This document shows, in pieces, positions 28,030-28,275 of a stretch of 28,275 nt of DNA. Each line of letters starts with the position of its first letter. Positions within the stretch are counted from its first letter, which is position 1. The notes under the pieces were generated by a model. The model worked only from the letters and a program-made list of their open reading frames with translations. It was not told the DNA's origin and did not search any database. The translations under genes were made by a program, and so were the position numbers. Source of the stretch: Chlamydiia bacterium (GTDB taxonomy: Bacteria > Chlamydiota > Chlamydiia > Chlamydiales > Rhabdochlamydiaceae); contig CAWDOQ010000001.1 of assembly GCA_963804085.1 (NCBI GenBank), positions 1-28,275 of the forward strand. The letters are read 5' to 3'.

Positions 28030-28275
28030 ATGAAACTGAAATATACGCTGTTTTTGATGCTTGTGCTGACAAACGGAAGAAATATCCAGGCTCTGGAAGA
28101 CTTTACTGATATTAGTTTGGACGACTATCTCTCAGAACAACGTATTCTCGTTACAGAGGGATATGTAACAGCCACGCAAAAGGCCGAATTTATACAAGAT
28201 ATGCAAAGAATTTCCAAAATCAAAAAGATCCTGGAAATTGGATTTAATGCAGGACATTCTGCTGAGCTATTTCTC
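28030..28275 (+). CDS. Class I SAM-dependent methyltransferase with signal peptide (partial, runs off the window)
   Basis: AGGAG RBS, MKLKYTLFLMLVLTNGRNIQA, then TEGY...KILEIGFNAGHSAELFL (SAM motif I). Confidence 0.8.
   Translation, partial: MKLKYTLFLMLVLTNGRNIQALEDFTDISLDDYLSEQRILVTEGYVTATQKAEFIQDMQRISKIKKILEIGFNAGHSAELFL

Overview
The window looks like chromosome from an environmental member of the phylum Chlamydiota. This is inferred from the nrdR-dksA-lspA order, the neighbouring SAM-methyltransferase/TrmH pair, and a Chlamydia-type single-Cys DksA. It has three parts. (1) 1-6361, minus strand: a housekeeping run (tRNA-Ser(GGA), nrdR, dksA, lspA, hypothetical, cinA, RlmI/K-like methyltransferase, TrmH-family methylase, RluA-family pseudouridine synthase) ending in an Inc-like membrane/coiled-coil ORF. 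Three RNA-modification genes are frameshifted, most likely from uncorrected long-read indels. (2) 6.4-13.1 kb, variable zone: a Fic-wHTH gene with an 11-bp-periodic operator-like array, REP-like palindromes, a shattered GT-A-like gene, two tandem passenger-less inverse-autotransporter beta-barrel genes, and a membrane-domain/EEP fusion whose EEP motifs appear circularly permuted. (3) 13.2-28.3 kb, plus strand: a tightly packed cluster of at least 14 genes for glycosyltransferase-like (GT25 x3, GT47-like, GT2-TPR, GT-A), beta-propeller (GH130/GT91-like), SAM-methyltransferase-fold and DUF1796 proteins. Nearly all carry Sec-type signal peptides, and several enzyme domains seem to have lost key acidic residues. 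All family calls come from motif recognition by eye; no database search was run.
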